DNA from: Nemertoderma westbladi
Taxonomy: Eukaryota; Animalia; Xenacoelomorpha
Direction: 5' to 3'
Length of the DNA stretch: 63,502 nt
Assembly: GCA_032718475.1 (NCBI GenBank)
Contig: JAUCBJ010006624.1
Coordinates: 1 to 63,502, forward strand
Shown in pieces: positions 1 through 12,289 of this stretch. Numbering within the stretch: position 1 is the stretch's first letter; every line of letters starts with the position of its first letter. The position numbers were made by a program, and so were the translations under genes. The notes under the pieces are model-generated. The model did not search any database. It had not been told where the DNA came from and saw nothing but the letters and a program-made list of their open reading frames with translations.

Positions 1-2844
1 TTTACAGTAGCCAGTCGCAATCGTAAAGTAACCTAACTCTCCAAGGAATACCTGAAGTACATCTAAGCCTTTGGGACGGACAGTCGAGTGACTTGTGCCG
101 GTTGTCGTTGTCGTTGTGCGGCTACGTCGTTGGCGAAAGTACGGCGGCGACGACACATCGGCGCTGAGGATCTCGTACTGTCCGGGGGTTGATTGGGGTA
201 GGCAGCGACGCCCGCTCGCCTAAATATAAACTCATTATAATATGGATAAACTCATATATAGCAGATATGACGGAGTTGATAGAAGATGGTCTTGGTATCG
301 GGGAGCGATATACTCTACTTTACAAGCGTTTGTTGATAGCTTAATACGCGGCGACGTTAGTCCAACTGCTGCGGAGGACGATGGTCGTTATATCGAACCG
401 ACAATGTCCCAAGTGTAGCTCTCGCGCGAGTTGGACTATAGAAAATTCGCTGCTCGATATACGCAGCGTAATGGTACGTATATGGTCTTCTTAACTACTG
501 GTCATCCTATCGATTTACACAATACGGACTATGTCGACTATATATCCTGCCCAGCGGAGTCGGAACCATAAACTGAAATTCGAATGCGAAAATTCTATTC
601 GAAATCGGCTCGAAAGAAAAGACACTAAAGAAACAAATGGACGCGGTAACTCCAAAGTATATTTGGAATTCTTGATAGAAGCATTGTAACAACAAATAAA
701 TGTCACCCGCGTTTACCCTACCAGACGTGCGTCTTTGGTATTATTACGATAAACGCCCTAGACCCAAATAATAAACGGAAAGACATAAACATCCATGTAA
801 ACCGAAACTTGTTGACGTATCACCTATGCTCACTCGGCTCGAACGATCCTGGAGTAAACCTACGATCAGAGTCCCGGAATACTCGGTCAAACCTCCTCAT
901 TCCTTAGTTGGACCTCAGACCTGCGATCCTGGTGGTGTCGCGGATCCTCGCGGACTGTATTCACTGTTCAAAGATCTAGTGCTACCCTAACAATTAATCG
1001 GTAACACTCCGACAGTGATTTCTAGCTAGCCGCCCATCTTACCTAGCTGGATTATGACGCAGACACCTAATATCATTATCCAACCGTATGGTCGTCCCGT
1101 TTAACGCGATACAACCCTTCATCAAAGTGAAGGAGAGCGTTGTACGAAACGAGTTAAACGCTATTCTATAAAGATCAAAAAAGAAACCTGCGTTTGTTCA
1201 GATAAACGTAAGTTATAACAGTAAGTCCAATCGATAAACGAATTGTCTTTATCTCAGTTCGATTGTGAAATCCAGAATCTCTAAGAAGATATCGCACTTA
1301 GACAACCCCATTCTCTGCGAGAGTTTTTGGATGAACGTATCCAGCTACGAGCGGAGGAAAATCAGCTCGAGGAGAAGCATATCGAAACGGCGGATACCCC
1401 GACCACAATCCTACACCTTCTGATGCAATCATATTGCACCCTTCACCCAGGAGTTATGGCCCTCCTAGTAAAGTGGCTCCCCCCAAAGAGAAAAAGACTC
1501 TTGCTAGCCTCAAAAAACTGCGTAAACGCCGTCTGCGTAAGAAAGACTAACTGTTTAGAGTATCTTTATGTTTTAGAAACTGTGATTTTTATATTTTATA
1601 GACTGAAAATCCCATTTTCTGGGAGCGGTGTAAAAGCTTTTACTGAATTGTCCGGTTATTTTTCCTTATTTTTCCCGTAAAGTACTCTGTAGTTGGTTTA
1701 CCAGGCATAAAAAGGCCGTGTCCTTGCTGTACTGGTGTTTTAGCGGACATAAGAGCTATTTCTTCTGTATTTGTACTTTAGAGGACATAATCCGTAATTC
1801 CGTGACGTAAAAGCTCGATACTCTTGAAAACAGTGTCGCTACCATGACGACAGCTAGCAGCTGATATTGCCACGTCGACGTTTCTTTGTTTCTCTGTTCT
1901 CTCGTTGTTCAGGTTGACCAATCAGAGCGTTTGTTGTCTTTGTGTTGGAGGTATATACAGAAACTCAGTAGTTCAGTGTTATGTTTTTTGCCCAGAGCCT
2001 AAGAACCGGCTTTGGCACCTCCGTGTTTTCAGTTTTTAGTCTTACACTAGTAGGTTTAATTATAAAGGGCATATATCCTTTAACTACCTGACTCATGGAA
2101 TCACTGCTGACTGATCATACATGCTGACTGCTGAAACATTGCAAACTCATAACAATCAGTGTTTTCATTGTTGTTTTATACTGCTATTTACCGTCAGTTC
2201 TTCATAATATGGTTGATGAATAATTATATTTGGAATAACGATAAATAACCCCGAAACCCAATATTCTTGATATACCGAAGGTAAGAGAGAAGGGTTACAG
2301 ATAAACGATTGTGACTTATGTTAAAGTGGTTTGAAGTGAATCTAATGTTATTTGATAGACCCTACATGAGTCAGTCTGTGTTCCTTTTATATGTGACTAA
2401 AATCAGTGAAGATTGGCAGATTAGTGTGCAGTATTGTGCAGCATTGTGTATGAGTGAGTCTGTTAAAGAAGCAATTCCTAAAGAATGCGCCATATATGTG
2501 AATTATAATTAAGCCATATCGTTGTGAGTAGTTTAAGTCATAACTCTGTTTATATAGATAAAGCGCCACGTCCTAAAGGAACTGTTAATATTACCGAAGG
2601 TGAATAATATTGTCAGAGATTATATAGTACTGTCAGTCGAATAATACATTAGGCTTACATAGCAATAAAATTAAACCGTCGAACCCAATCTCCCGGGAAT
2701 ATCCAGCGGGTGAATGATCGCGCACAGATTGGTTTCGACTAGTGTAGTGAATCAAATACTTGTCATAGACTAAAAACCGATTTAATATCTAGAAGACATC
2801 TTAATTTGGTGGGTTAAACTGCCAAAGGTCTGAAAGCGCGAACA
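1..2844 (+). mobile_element. BEL/Pao LTR retrotransposon copy C: 3' internal region plus 3' LTR, continuing off the left edge of the window
   Basis: Colinear with 44203-47091 of copy A. PPT GGGAGCGG at 1621-1628 is followed by the LTR start TGTAAAAGC, and the copy ends ...GAAAGCGCGAACA at 2844. Confidence 0.93.
1629..2844 (+). repeat. 3' LTR of copy C (about 1.2 kb, TG...CA)
   Basis: Same termini as the LTRs at 45881-47091, 48606-49803 and 58741-59833. Confidence 0.92.
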
Positions 2845-3854
2845 CTTAGTATACTGGCAGACCATTCACCATTAATATACTGAGTAGCGAAACCAGGTGC
2901 CACACGAGTGGCGTCAGTAATTGGACTCTTATTATAAAAAGAATTCCTTTCAAATAATTATATTAATATTTATAGCCCCCCTTCCCACACCCCCAGCCGC
3001 CACGACGTTCAGTTACTACTTTGGTCTTGGTGCGATAAATGTAACCCGTTGTAATAGTAATGTTAATTAAATATTAAACTAACCAATTCGAAATACCCCA
3101 ATGGCTAGAAGATAGGTGAGTTTAAAACGAAACATAGCCACGAACCCTTCCTTGGGGCAACTCTCCAAATAATTATCTAACTGAGATAATACGTCGGTTT
3201 ATCAATTGTTTCTTCCAAACTAGATAAGAACCTAAGCTGTTCTCAACGCAACCTAAGAAAATTTATTACGCAATGCAACAAAATTACATTTATATCTGGT
3301 AGAATGGGACGGTGGGTAAAAAAGCCGCTAACTTACAGTATAGTACTTTTGTTCAATACAGTACTACACTGCGGTGCAGTTTCAATTAATGGTTATAGGA
3401 ATACTTACAAAAAAATATGTTAACTACTTTGGGGAAGGTTGCTTTACTTACACTATTTGTGACAAACCCTGTGACCAATGCAAATAACGGTGCACTTTGA
3501 CTCAAAGTGAAAAATATGTTCTTCAGCGCAAAATGACCGCAAGGGAAATAAAGTTTTGCTTATTGTTTTGGTTAGAAAATGTCGACACAGTAACCTGTTC
3601 CTTTCTCTAAGTAATTTTAATTAAATTTAATAATATTATTGGCTACACCACTACACCTACTGTAAGTGTGATATGTAGGGTAGGTAGTGCTGCAAACTGA
3701 AACAAAATTTGACTTGTTTCGGTTTCAGTGCTAATAAAAATATTCATTTCAGTTCAAATTTCAGTTCCAGCTCCCAGAAAATAATAATTTCAGTTTAAAT
3801 TTTAGTTCACAAAAATCACCAAAAACAATTTCAGTTGAGTTTTAGTTCGAGGCT

Positions 3855-5261
3855 CTAAGGGTAGGTACACGTACGCTTACCAGTGAGTACCTCTGTTATA
3901 GATTCCCACGCTTTGTGGTGACCCGATGTATCCTTAAAATAAGCCGCGGCCTTATCGGATTCGAACCCACAGTCCTCGGCAAATTGCTGAAACTGGAGGT
4001 CCCATGAAGCTCCAATGGCGGTCTTCATCATGATCTTATCCATGTGGGCATATCCAGGCACTAATAAAAGTTCCTTCACCCAGTCAGGATGGTCACTAAG
4101 CAAGTTTATGGCAAGGGATACTGTATAGGACTCCCATCCATTACCATAGCCACCCACTCCCTACTGCTGCTCGCGTCACTGACACCACTATTTTGCATTG
4201 TCTTCTCCATTATAGACTCCACAGTAGCATGCGAGCTCGGATCGCTTTCAATGGGTGAATGGACCTGTACATCCGCAAACAGTGAACCAGGGGTGGCTTC
4301 AATAGTGCCTCGATCATCCAACAAGGATATGAGTCTTTCATACGTTTTGTCATTAAATATCGTTGACGATGACTTGGGGTGGCCCTTCAGGACAGATAAT
4401 TCCGACGACAAACAGGGAACGAATCGAACTAAACAATGTTTTGTTTTAGTTCAAAAATGAGTCTAGTGTGCTATCTAATTTTTCTCCAAGATCTAAATGT
4501 GTCATGTTCACGTGTTGGAATTTATGTTTTGGTGGGTGACTAATTGAGGGGACGGTTGTGACCTTTGACACGGGTAGATGTTTTTGATTATATACATGGT
4601 ACGTTTTACCAACAAACTGCATGTTGTCAATTAGTACTGAAATATCTCCGTCCCCAAATGATTGTTGAGAATTTGCTGAATATTTCAGCATCCTAGTTAC
4701 CGTCATGTAACTGTGGTGAGCTGAATGTGTACTCCGAACATGTTGGGAAAATTTGGAGTTGTCTGTGGAGTAACACACTACACTCTCCAAAGTTGCTAGT
4801 TTACCATTATATTTGGAGTGTATAGAAGATACTATAAGTTCGTATAATTTGACAGCAATAGTTATAGATCTTTTCGTTTTAGATGTCGTCGAATCTTTAA
4901 TGTCCACACCAGTCAGGTCATACAAAAAATCCCGCACTTCACCTTCCGGAATCACCTTGTCTGGATCATATTCCAACAAATCCTTCAAATCGTAGCGCGA
5001 TCTGTTCAACTGGGCGGCACAAATTTCCCGCAGCTTGCTTCCTGGTGATTTGGATCCTGCAGCCGCGGTATTATTACAAATGGTGACCGGAGGGGATTGT
5101 GATACAGTAGGTTGATAGTTCGATCCAACATTATTGCTTGTCTTGGGCAGGTTGGCACTGGGCAACGAAACAGAAGGACCAGATGGAGCAGCAAAGCTCG
5201 TTGGAATACAATTGTATACAAGGAGTGCATATAATTGAAGCGCGTTCAGATAGTGAGCCAT
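3855..5261 (-). pseudogene. Degenerate DNA-transposase-like relic, possibly Academ-related, broken into three ORFs
   Basis: ORFs 5261-4446, 4411-4106 and 4157-3855 read as one frameshifted protein with motifs IDNMQF..H, VMDGSP, LLVPGYAHMDK and WD..F..FA..CGF.S.KA...HHKAWE. These recall Academ-type transposase motifs from memory, so the family call is inference. A possible TAG-starting terminus lies at 5883 on the minus strand. Confidence 0.4.
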
Positions 5262-6086
5262 CAGCGCGCAGTTTTAAAATAACGCTGCGTTTCACCTCCT
5301 TCCCCGTGATTATCTTTACCTTACTAGTGGAAATTTTTTAGCAACAGTCCAACAGTGAAGGTCCGTGGTATCCGATCCACCACTTAATTTACTATTTCAT
5401 AGTACAAGTACAATATTGCAATGTAACTTACATCAATGGCTTCTAATAGTCAAATTGGAGTTAGGCAGAATGTGTAGATAGGTGAAAGTCACTGCTAAGC
5501 CCAGTTGGCATGTCATAGTCATTCAATATTCCCAGACAGAGGCTGCGCCCAAACTTTGGCTCAGTAAGAAATATCATAAACCCAATATATGGGCGTTTTT
5601 TTTAATTCAGTATTTTTGAAATATCACAAAATGCACAATAAAATTCTAGTTGTCCCAAATATAGCTCATTGTATTTTTTTGCTCTCTATCCAGTGGTACA
5701 AATATTAATGTGCCGAATTACAATATAAAGTGCCGGGAAACGATTTAAGTTAACATTGTGGCCTATGTAAATATATGGCACTCATACAAACTTTGGGTGT
5801 GTCCTCTAGAAACTCATAACCCAAAACTTGGGCTATGTTCGCTCACTGTAGGAGGGTCCCCCCTATTTGACACAAGTGCCCTACAACTGTACAGTACTTA
5901 GAGGGCCTACAGAAGTAGTTGCAGCGTAGCGTACAGCTGTACAGGCAGACAGGTAACAACACTGCAACATCTGAACATGCAACACGGCTGATCCGACACT
6001 GCAGCACTAGGCCTACATGACTAATGGACTGAAACTGAACGGCAAACGGTGAACATAAAATAAACGATATAGTGAATATAAATCAA

Positions 6087-6875
6087 ATGGCAAAGTCACA
6101 GCTTAATCTTCAAATGCTATTGGACCAGGAGCAAAGCAACTTTCAGCGGAAAGAAGACGAAATGGAACACTTGGTCGACCAGTTGGACCAACTCAAAGAA
6201 CTTGTGGAACAAAAGAACTCTGAGATAGGATCGCTGCGAGCAGAAATCGAGATAGCCAACCGCCACGAATCATTGTCGCCAGACTGTGACGTCACAAATG
6301 ACAGCGCATTCTCCGAGTCGCTATGCAACGGGATCACGCAAATGAAAGATAAAGTAAACGACGCGCATTCCGGAATATCGCGACTTCTTCATTTTCAGAA
6401 CGTTGTGATAAACGCGGAACAAACTCCCACCGACTCTTCTGCTAAATTCCAAGAGGAAATTGCCCGATTGTTATCTGTTAATTCTGATTTACGGAAACAG
6501 AACAATCTGTTGTCGCACCGACTGCACGAAGAACGGCTTCGAGCGAGAGACGAAGTTGTGGCTCAGTGCAACGACGCGCCGGCAGGGGGCGATCATACGG
6601 ACTCCGCGAACAATATTGAGCTGCTTCTCGACGAAGTCGTCAAGAATAAAGAAATCTTTTCTCTTTACGAAGATAAAGTCGATAAGCTGAACTCCTCGGT
6701 TAGCAGTTTGGAGACTTTTCTTCACACCGAACGATCCCAGACTCGCTCGTTGCGGACGCAGTTGTCCCGACTTGTCGGGGTTAACTCGGAGTTAGAGAGT
6801 TCTCTTTACGAGGAAAGGAACAATCTGGAAGCCGTTAGAGAAGATTACGAGAGGTTTAAGGATAATAGTATCGAG
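6087..6875 (+). CDS. Coiled-coil exon of a PACT-domain (pericentrin/AKAP9-family) gene
   Basis: Heptad-rich ORF with first ATG at 6087 and an in-frame TGA at 6036. Donor GAG|GTACGG at 6875/6876 is phase 0 and joins the 8229 exon in frame (...DNSIE|VHSTSESR...). The true 5' end is uncertain. Confidence 0.78.
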
Positions 6876-6984
6876 GTACGGTTGCTTATATGTGTTATTG
6901 TGAGGTGACCTGCATTTATGCGATTATCCTCAACAATAACTACCGGTACCTCTCTGGTACCACAGACCTATTATAGTATTAGAA

Positions 6985-8215
6985 TTACTTTATTTCCCTT
7001 CCACTCACAAACTAACCCGCTCGCTACTTTATTTCCCTTCCACTCACAAACTAACCCGCTCGCTACTTTATTTCCCTTCCACTCAAAAACTAACCCGATC
7101 GTTACTTTATCTCCCTTCTGCACTTCCACTCACGAACTCACCTGTTCGCTATTTTATTTCCCTTCCACTCACAAACTCACCTCACCCGTTCGCTACTTTA
7201 TTTCCCTTCCACTCACAAACTCACCTGTTCGCTACTTTATTTCCCTTCCACTCACAAACTAACCCGTTCGCTACTTTATTTCCCTTCCACTCACAAACTC
7301 ACCTGTTCGCTACTTTATTTCCCTTCTGCCCTTCCACTCACAAACTCACCTGTTCCCTACATTATTTCCCTTCCACTCACAAACTCACCTGTTCGCTACT
7401 TTATTTCCCTTCCACTCACAAACTCACCTGTTCGCTACTTTATTTCCTTTCCACTCACAAACTCACCTGTTCGCTACTTTATTTCCCTTCCACTCACAAA
7501 CTCACCTGTTCGCTACTTTATTTCCCTTCCACTCACAAATTAACCCGTTCGCTACTTTATTTCCCTTCCACTCACAAACTCACCTGTTCGCTACTTTATT
7601 TCCCTTCCACTCACAAACTCACCTGTTCGCTACTTTATTTCCCTTCCACTCACAAATTAACCCGTTCGCTACCTTATTTCCCTTCCACTCACAAACTCAC
7701 CTGTTCGCTACTTTATTTCCCTTCCACTCGCAAACTAACCTGTTCGCCTCTTTATTTCCCTTTCACTCACAAACCCGTTCGCTACTTTATTTCCCTTCCA
7801 CTCGCAAACTAACCTGTTCGCTACTTTATTTCCCTCCCACTCACAAACCCTTTCGCTCTTTTATTTCCCTTCCACTCACAAACTCACCTGTTCGCTACTT
7901 TATTTCCCTTCCACTCGCAAACTAACCCGTTCGCTACCTTATTTCCCTTCCACTCACAAACTCACCTGTTCGCTACTTTATTTCCCTTCCACTCACAAAC
8001 TCACCTGTTCGCTACTTTATTTCCCTTCCACTCACAAATTAACCCGTTCGCTACCTTATTTCCCTTCCACTCACAAACTCACCTGTTCGCTACTTTATTT
8101 CCCTTCCACTCGCAAACTAACCTGTTCGCCTCTTTATTTCCCTTCCACTCACAAACCCGTTCGCTACTTTATTTCCCTTCCACTCGCAAACTAACCGGTT
8201 TACTACTTTATTTCC
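6985..8215. repeat. Intronic 39-bp minisatellite (CGCTACTTTATTTCCCTTCCACTCACAAACTCACCTGTT)n, about 30 copies
   Basis: Direct tandem repeat with unit starts at 7022 and 7061. It fills most of intron 6876-8228. Confidence 0.95.
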
Positions 8216-8228
8216 TTCCGTATTTTAG

Positions 8229-8792
8229 GTCCACTCGACGTCGGAATCTCGACTGAACGAACTCCAAACACGTTTATCCGACGAGCGAGTTCGAGTCGAG
8301 AAACTCGCCGACTCGTTGTCCCAAAGTCGTCAAACGATATCCGAGTTGGTAAACCGAAACTCGGAAACATCCAAAGAGAAAATAAACTCGTTGGAAACCG
8401 AGAATTCCCGACTGAACGACCAACTCTCCTATCTCACTCGTATTGAAATACCTCGGCTGGAAGCAGAGAACTCGAAACTGAAAATCGAAATCACTAGATT
8501 ACAGGGCGAGCAACGTCGCTCGTTTCGCTCGTGCGTCTCCTACTCCCGTTCCGAGTCGCAACGCAAGGCCTTGGTTTACCAGAAGCGCTACCTCCTGCTC
8601 CTTATCGGGGGCTTCCGCTGCTCGGAGGCCAACACGCTCGCTCTGATTGGTCGGATGGGTGGTTGTCCTGGCGACGCGGCGCGCCCGCGCCGGCTCTGTC
8701 CCTGGCGTAAGTTCCGCGCCGCGGTTCTCGTACCAATCGCGATTAGCAGGATGCGGTTCTTGGTCTCTAGATGGCGCAAAGTTAGACGGTAA
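8229..8792 (+). CDS. Terminal exon encoding coiled coil plus the PACT centrosome-targeting domain
   Basis: Acceptor TATTTTAG|G at 8228/8229. RSESQRKALVYQKRYLLLLIGGF..SEANTLALIGRMGG...KFRAAVLVPIAISRMRFLVSRW matches the AKAP9/pericentrin PACT consensus (RAESFRKALIYQKKYLLLLLGGF...RFRSAVRVSIAISRMKFLVRRW). Confidence 0.9.
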   Translation, partial: VHSTSESRLNELQTRLSDERVRVEKLADSLSQSRQTISELVNRNSETSKEKINSLETENSRLNDQLSYLTRIEIPRLEAENSKLKIEITRLQGEQRRSFRSCVSYSRSESQRKALVYQKRYLLLLIGGFRCSEANTLALIGRMGGCPGDAARPRRLCPWRKFRAAVLVPIAISRMRFLVSRWRKVRR

Positions 8793-9253
8793 TTTCCGTG
8801 GAGTTTAGTTTAGGGTTAATATAACTTATTAGGGGAAAAATTACAAAACTGCCAGAAAAAAACAAGAATTAATTAGAATAAGTAGAACAATAATTATAAG
8901 GCCAAGAGCACTTTAAATTTATGTTTGATTTCATATCAAACTATTTACTTAAAGACTTATAATCTATTACTTTATAAGATTACAGTCGAGACGTTTAGAA
9001 CTAGGGTAGAGACGCGAACTGCAGTCCTATATAGTGCGAGATTAAGACTTGTTTGTATCTAATTTTATTCGAAAATGGAAATTTTATTTTAAATAATAAC
9101 TATTTACATACAATGTTGTGTGTAAAGTATCACTTTACAGTGTGATGATCCGAGTTGGTTTGTTACACAAACGAACGTTAGTGAGTGAGTGAAAATAAAG
9201 CCACGAGGATCAGAAGAACACTGTAAAGTACTTTGCAACAAGTATGTATGTAG

Positions 9254-9738
9254 TTTTATTCCAAAATTGTAACATTACGAAATGATTGTACATATACATT
9301 ATAAGTGATAGAAACTGAACAAATTATATTAGTTGCTGTATAAATAAATGTAAAAATGACATAAATTATGTTATAAATAAGTTAGCTTATATTTATGGTG
9401 GCGTTTGGAGCCATTGTTATATTAATATAGCTAGGCCCTACTGGTTATTAAAATAGCTATACCCCGCCCAGCGGTATGTAATACAGTAGGCCTATCTGGC
9501 TATCAGGCAAATTTCCACCTATTGTTTACGTGGTATCCAATGACGGCGTTAAGTAATGTCCCCTTAGTGGACTGTACTTAACGCCGTCATGGTTACCACG
9601 TAAACAATAACACCAAATACTATACTAAATGTACAGGACAAAACAATGCTGTAATGTCCTCTAAAGTTGCAAAGTGCTAAATAACAACTCGCTGTTAATA
9701 CTAACGGCGTTGAGTAATGTTACAATTTTGGAATAAAA
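9254..9738. repeat. Nested inverted repeats, MITE-like
   Basis: Perfect 25-bp inverted repeat TTTTATTCCAAAATTGTAACATTAC at 9254-9278 and 9714-9738, enclosing an inner hairpin with arms of about 35 bp (9521-9555 and 9574-9608). Confidence 0.6.
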
Positions 9739-9800
9739 GTCTTTAATTTATAAAAATTAAACAATAAATTTCACTACTCGCGTGCTATAATGAATGGCAG

Positions 9801-9935
9801 GTGGTGGCTCAGTTAGATAGTTAGGCAGTTAGGTACCAGTTAAATAACTGGGAGCAAATCTTGGGATAGGAGTAGCGCCCACCCCTACCCTCGGGTAGCA
9901 GCTATCGAAAGAGGAGCCTTCGGGTCGCCTCCGGC
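9801..9935 (+). mobile_element. Probable tRNA-derived SINE fragment
   Basis: A-box-like GTGGCTCAGTT followed by a GC-rich tail (GGAGTAGCGCCCACCCCTACCCTCGG...GGAGCCTTCGGGTCGCC) resembling invertebrate SINE 3' parts. No B box is seen. Confidence 0.4.
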
Positions 9936-10793
9936 TTATTTCGTGTGCCGAAATATAAAGTAATATCTACCTATATAGTACCCGTATATACATTATGTAC
10001 ATCATCTGCCTTCTGAGTTACATAATATTTCCATTTTCGAATAAAAAATAATATTTGAAAGGAAAATCCCATTCTGTGGCAACTTTAGCTTTTTTTACTT
10101 TATCCTAATTTATTAAAGATAAACTGGTGAAAAAATTACAGTTGGACTCGCTGCAAGAGATCTTCCAGCTATAAAGAGATCTTCCAGCTATATATTATTT
10201 TATGTATTTTATACTACAATCAAAATATTAGCAAAAAATCACAAACATGTGACCACATTTTGTGATTTTGAGCCACTATGGCAAGAAACTATGATGTTAG
10301 TGTGTTGTGTGTGTGTGTATGTATTAATAATATTATATAATTTTATTAATTTGGCTCTATAAAGTTTTATTATATATCTACGGTTTTTATTCCTTGTGCA
10401 GTTTTTATTTGCAATTATTGTTTGTTTGTGTTGAGTTTATTTGGATTTTATTTGTGTTTATTTATTATTTAAGATTTAACGAACTAATAAAATGTTACTT
10501 AAAGTATTTTCTATTCTAATGTATAAAATAATATCTGCTTTCGTTTTTCGTTTTAAACTATTTCATTTATTTTAATATCCGTATAGAGTCAGCATTGCAA
10601 TTCTTAATGTGGTATTGATTTACACATACTAGTTGTACTGTAAGTTGATTGTATTGTATTACGTTGATCTGTACATATTGTAATGTTTTATCATTTTTTT
10701 GCGTTAATTTTCAGTTTTAGTGTATAAGTTCATTTCATATACAATAAATTAATTCTTAAATCTGTGTATTTTCTGTGTTTTGTCTCTCTGGTT

Positions 10794-11331
10794 ATGGGTC
10801 ATTTTATAAATTATGTCACGCAAATTAACGAAATCTACTCTTGTCACAACATTGCATAGTAATGGAACGCTTCTATCCTCATCACACGGCTAGCGCCCGT
10901 CTTTTGGGAATTCGTCTTGCATTAAGGCATCGATCGATACTTACAGATTTAAATTAGAGGCTCCGGTACAGCTTGTGTTTGTTGTACTTAATCATTTGAG
11001 TAACCGTGAGATTATATTATATGACTGAAGTTTGGCAACTGTCACAACGTGTCGTTGATTAAATATTTGGAGTAGAGCCGATGACGCAAATGTGCTAAAT
11101 GATATAATATTAGGGATTTTTTGTCAGCTGCGAGGTAAAGATGTGGAAGGACATCATTCAATAGGGTTGCCGAAGCAATACCGTATAGAGTTCAACCCCC
11201 AGTGTCATATTATCTTAATTTTTGCGACTTCTGAACAAAACCCTGTTATTATCACGAAGCAACCCCCCCCCCCCCCCCCCCCGCACCCATCTCCCTCCAA
11301 CGCGTGATATTCTTTACGAAAGCCCCCCTTA
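10794..11331. mobile_element. Degenerate MITE, PIF/Harbinger-like ends
   Basis: Imperfect inverted ends TATGGGTCATTTTATAAATTATGTCACGC and GCGTGATATTCTTTACGAAAGCCCCCTTA, with a subterminal poly-C run. Confidence 0.35.
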
Positions 11332-11571
11332 AGTTGAAAACGTTATGTTTGTTATTTTATATTATTTCATATTGAATCACAATAATTGTTTTAACTGTAT
11401 TTCTGTGAAATAAAAATAAACAATAGAAAATAAGATTCTTTAAGTTTATTAAAATAATAATAAATTTACAGAACTTTAAAACCTGTTATTTTAAGTTCGT
11501 AATGGCACTTGTTTGTTGGGGTCATTAATTATTCAGTTTCTATTAATGTAATCTATTTCCGGGTGGGGACA

Positions 11572-11763
11572 TTAAACTTTCACGGCTCCTTGATCCTCCA
11601 ACTGCTGTAGTTGTCTACCTTTAAGAGTTTGAACTCGTCGACATGTAGGGCAAGCTAACAGGAGGAGTCCACCAGCCCTCTGGCAATCCTTTATGAGACA
11701 GCGTTCACAGAAGATGTGCATACAGTTTAGTACCTGTGGATTTACGTATTCTCCCTGACATAC
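11572..11763 (-). CDS. Exon 2 of a small C3HC4 RING-finger gene
   Basis: Acceptor TTATTCCAG|GTA. Translates VCQGEYVNPQVLNCMHIFCERCLIKDCQRAGGLLLLACPTCRRVQTLKGRQLQQLEDQGAVKV*. AATAAA lies downstream on the minus strand at 11445-11450. Confidence 0.85.
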   Translation of the reverse strand, partial: VCQGEYVNPQVLNCMHIFCERCLIKDCQRAGGLLLLACPTCRRVQTLKGRQLQQLEDQGAVKV

Positions 11764-12289
11764 CTGGAATAAATTATTATTTTACTTTAATTGATGTAAG
11801 TCAGGAGTGTAAACGCTGTGTCTACAAAAAAATCAGAAACGACAACCATTATTATGAATAACAATTAAATTATAATCTGTCAGCTTGACTCTCGTTTATT
11901 GTTTTGGTTAGAATAACATGCCACTGTAACCGGATCCATTCTCTTAACCATTTTCCGTATTTACTATGATTTGAAGGCAATGAAATCTATGGGAATATTA
12001 ATATTCTTTATCGATAAAAATTAATGTCTATACTGTTGATAAATACCTAGCTGATATTGTAATATCACCTGGTAAAATAGAACAATAAACCTTTTGAACA
12101 TTTCAATGGCGCCTTTAAGTAATACTCATCCCAAATGGAAGGCGTAAGCGTAATAAAAACTGTCGCCAAGGTTGTGGTTATATTCGTTTTGGATCAAACC
12201 GTTCATGTTTTTTTAATAAGTTGAAGTTCGTAGTTAAATGGAGATTAAATGTAAATTGTAGACAAAACGGTAGTCATAGAAACACTTAC

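Noticed and set aside
1327-2569. ORFs overlapping the LTR that recur in all copies (1327, 2318, 2387 and equivalents)
   Set aside because: Recurrence reflects LTR sequence identity. They have no domains, some use non-ATG starts, and the 1327 ORF is disrupted in copy A.
3685-6009. A hAT element bounded by TAGTGCTGCA (3685) and TGCAGCACTA (6000-6009)
   Set aside because: The inverted match is only 10 bp and the 8-bp flanks (AGGGTAGG and GGCCTACA) do not form a TSD.
6876-7262. Read-through tail VRLLICVIVR and ORF 6918-7262
   Set aside because: Both lie in the intron. The donor at 6876 joins in frame to the PACT exon, and the second ORF is minisatellite.
11092-11307. Poly-Pro ORF
   Set aside because: It starts at GTG and the prolines come from a poly-C run in a degenerate MITE.
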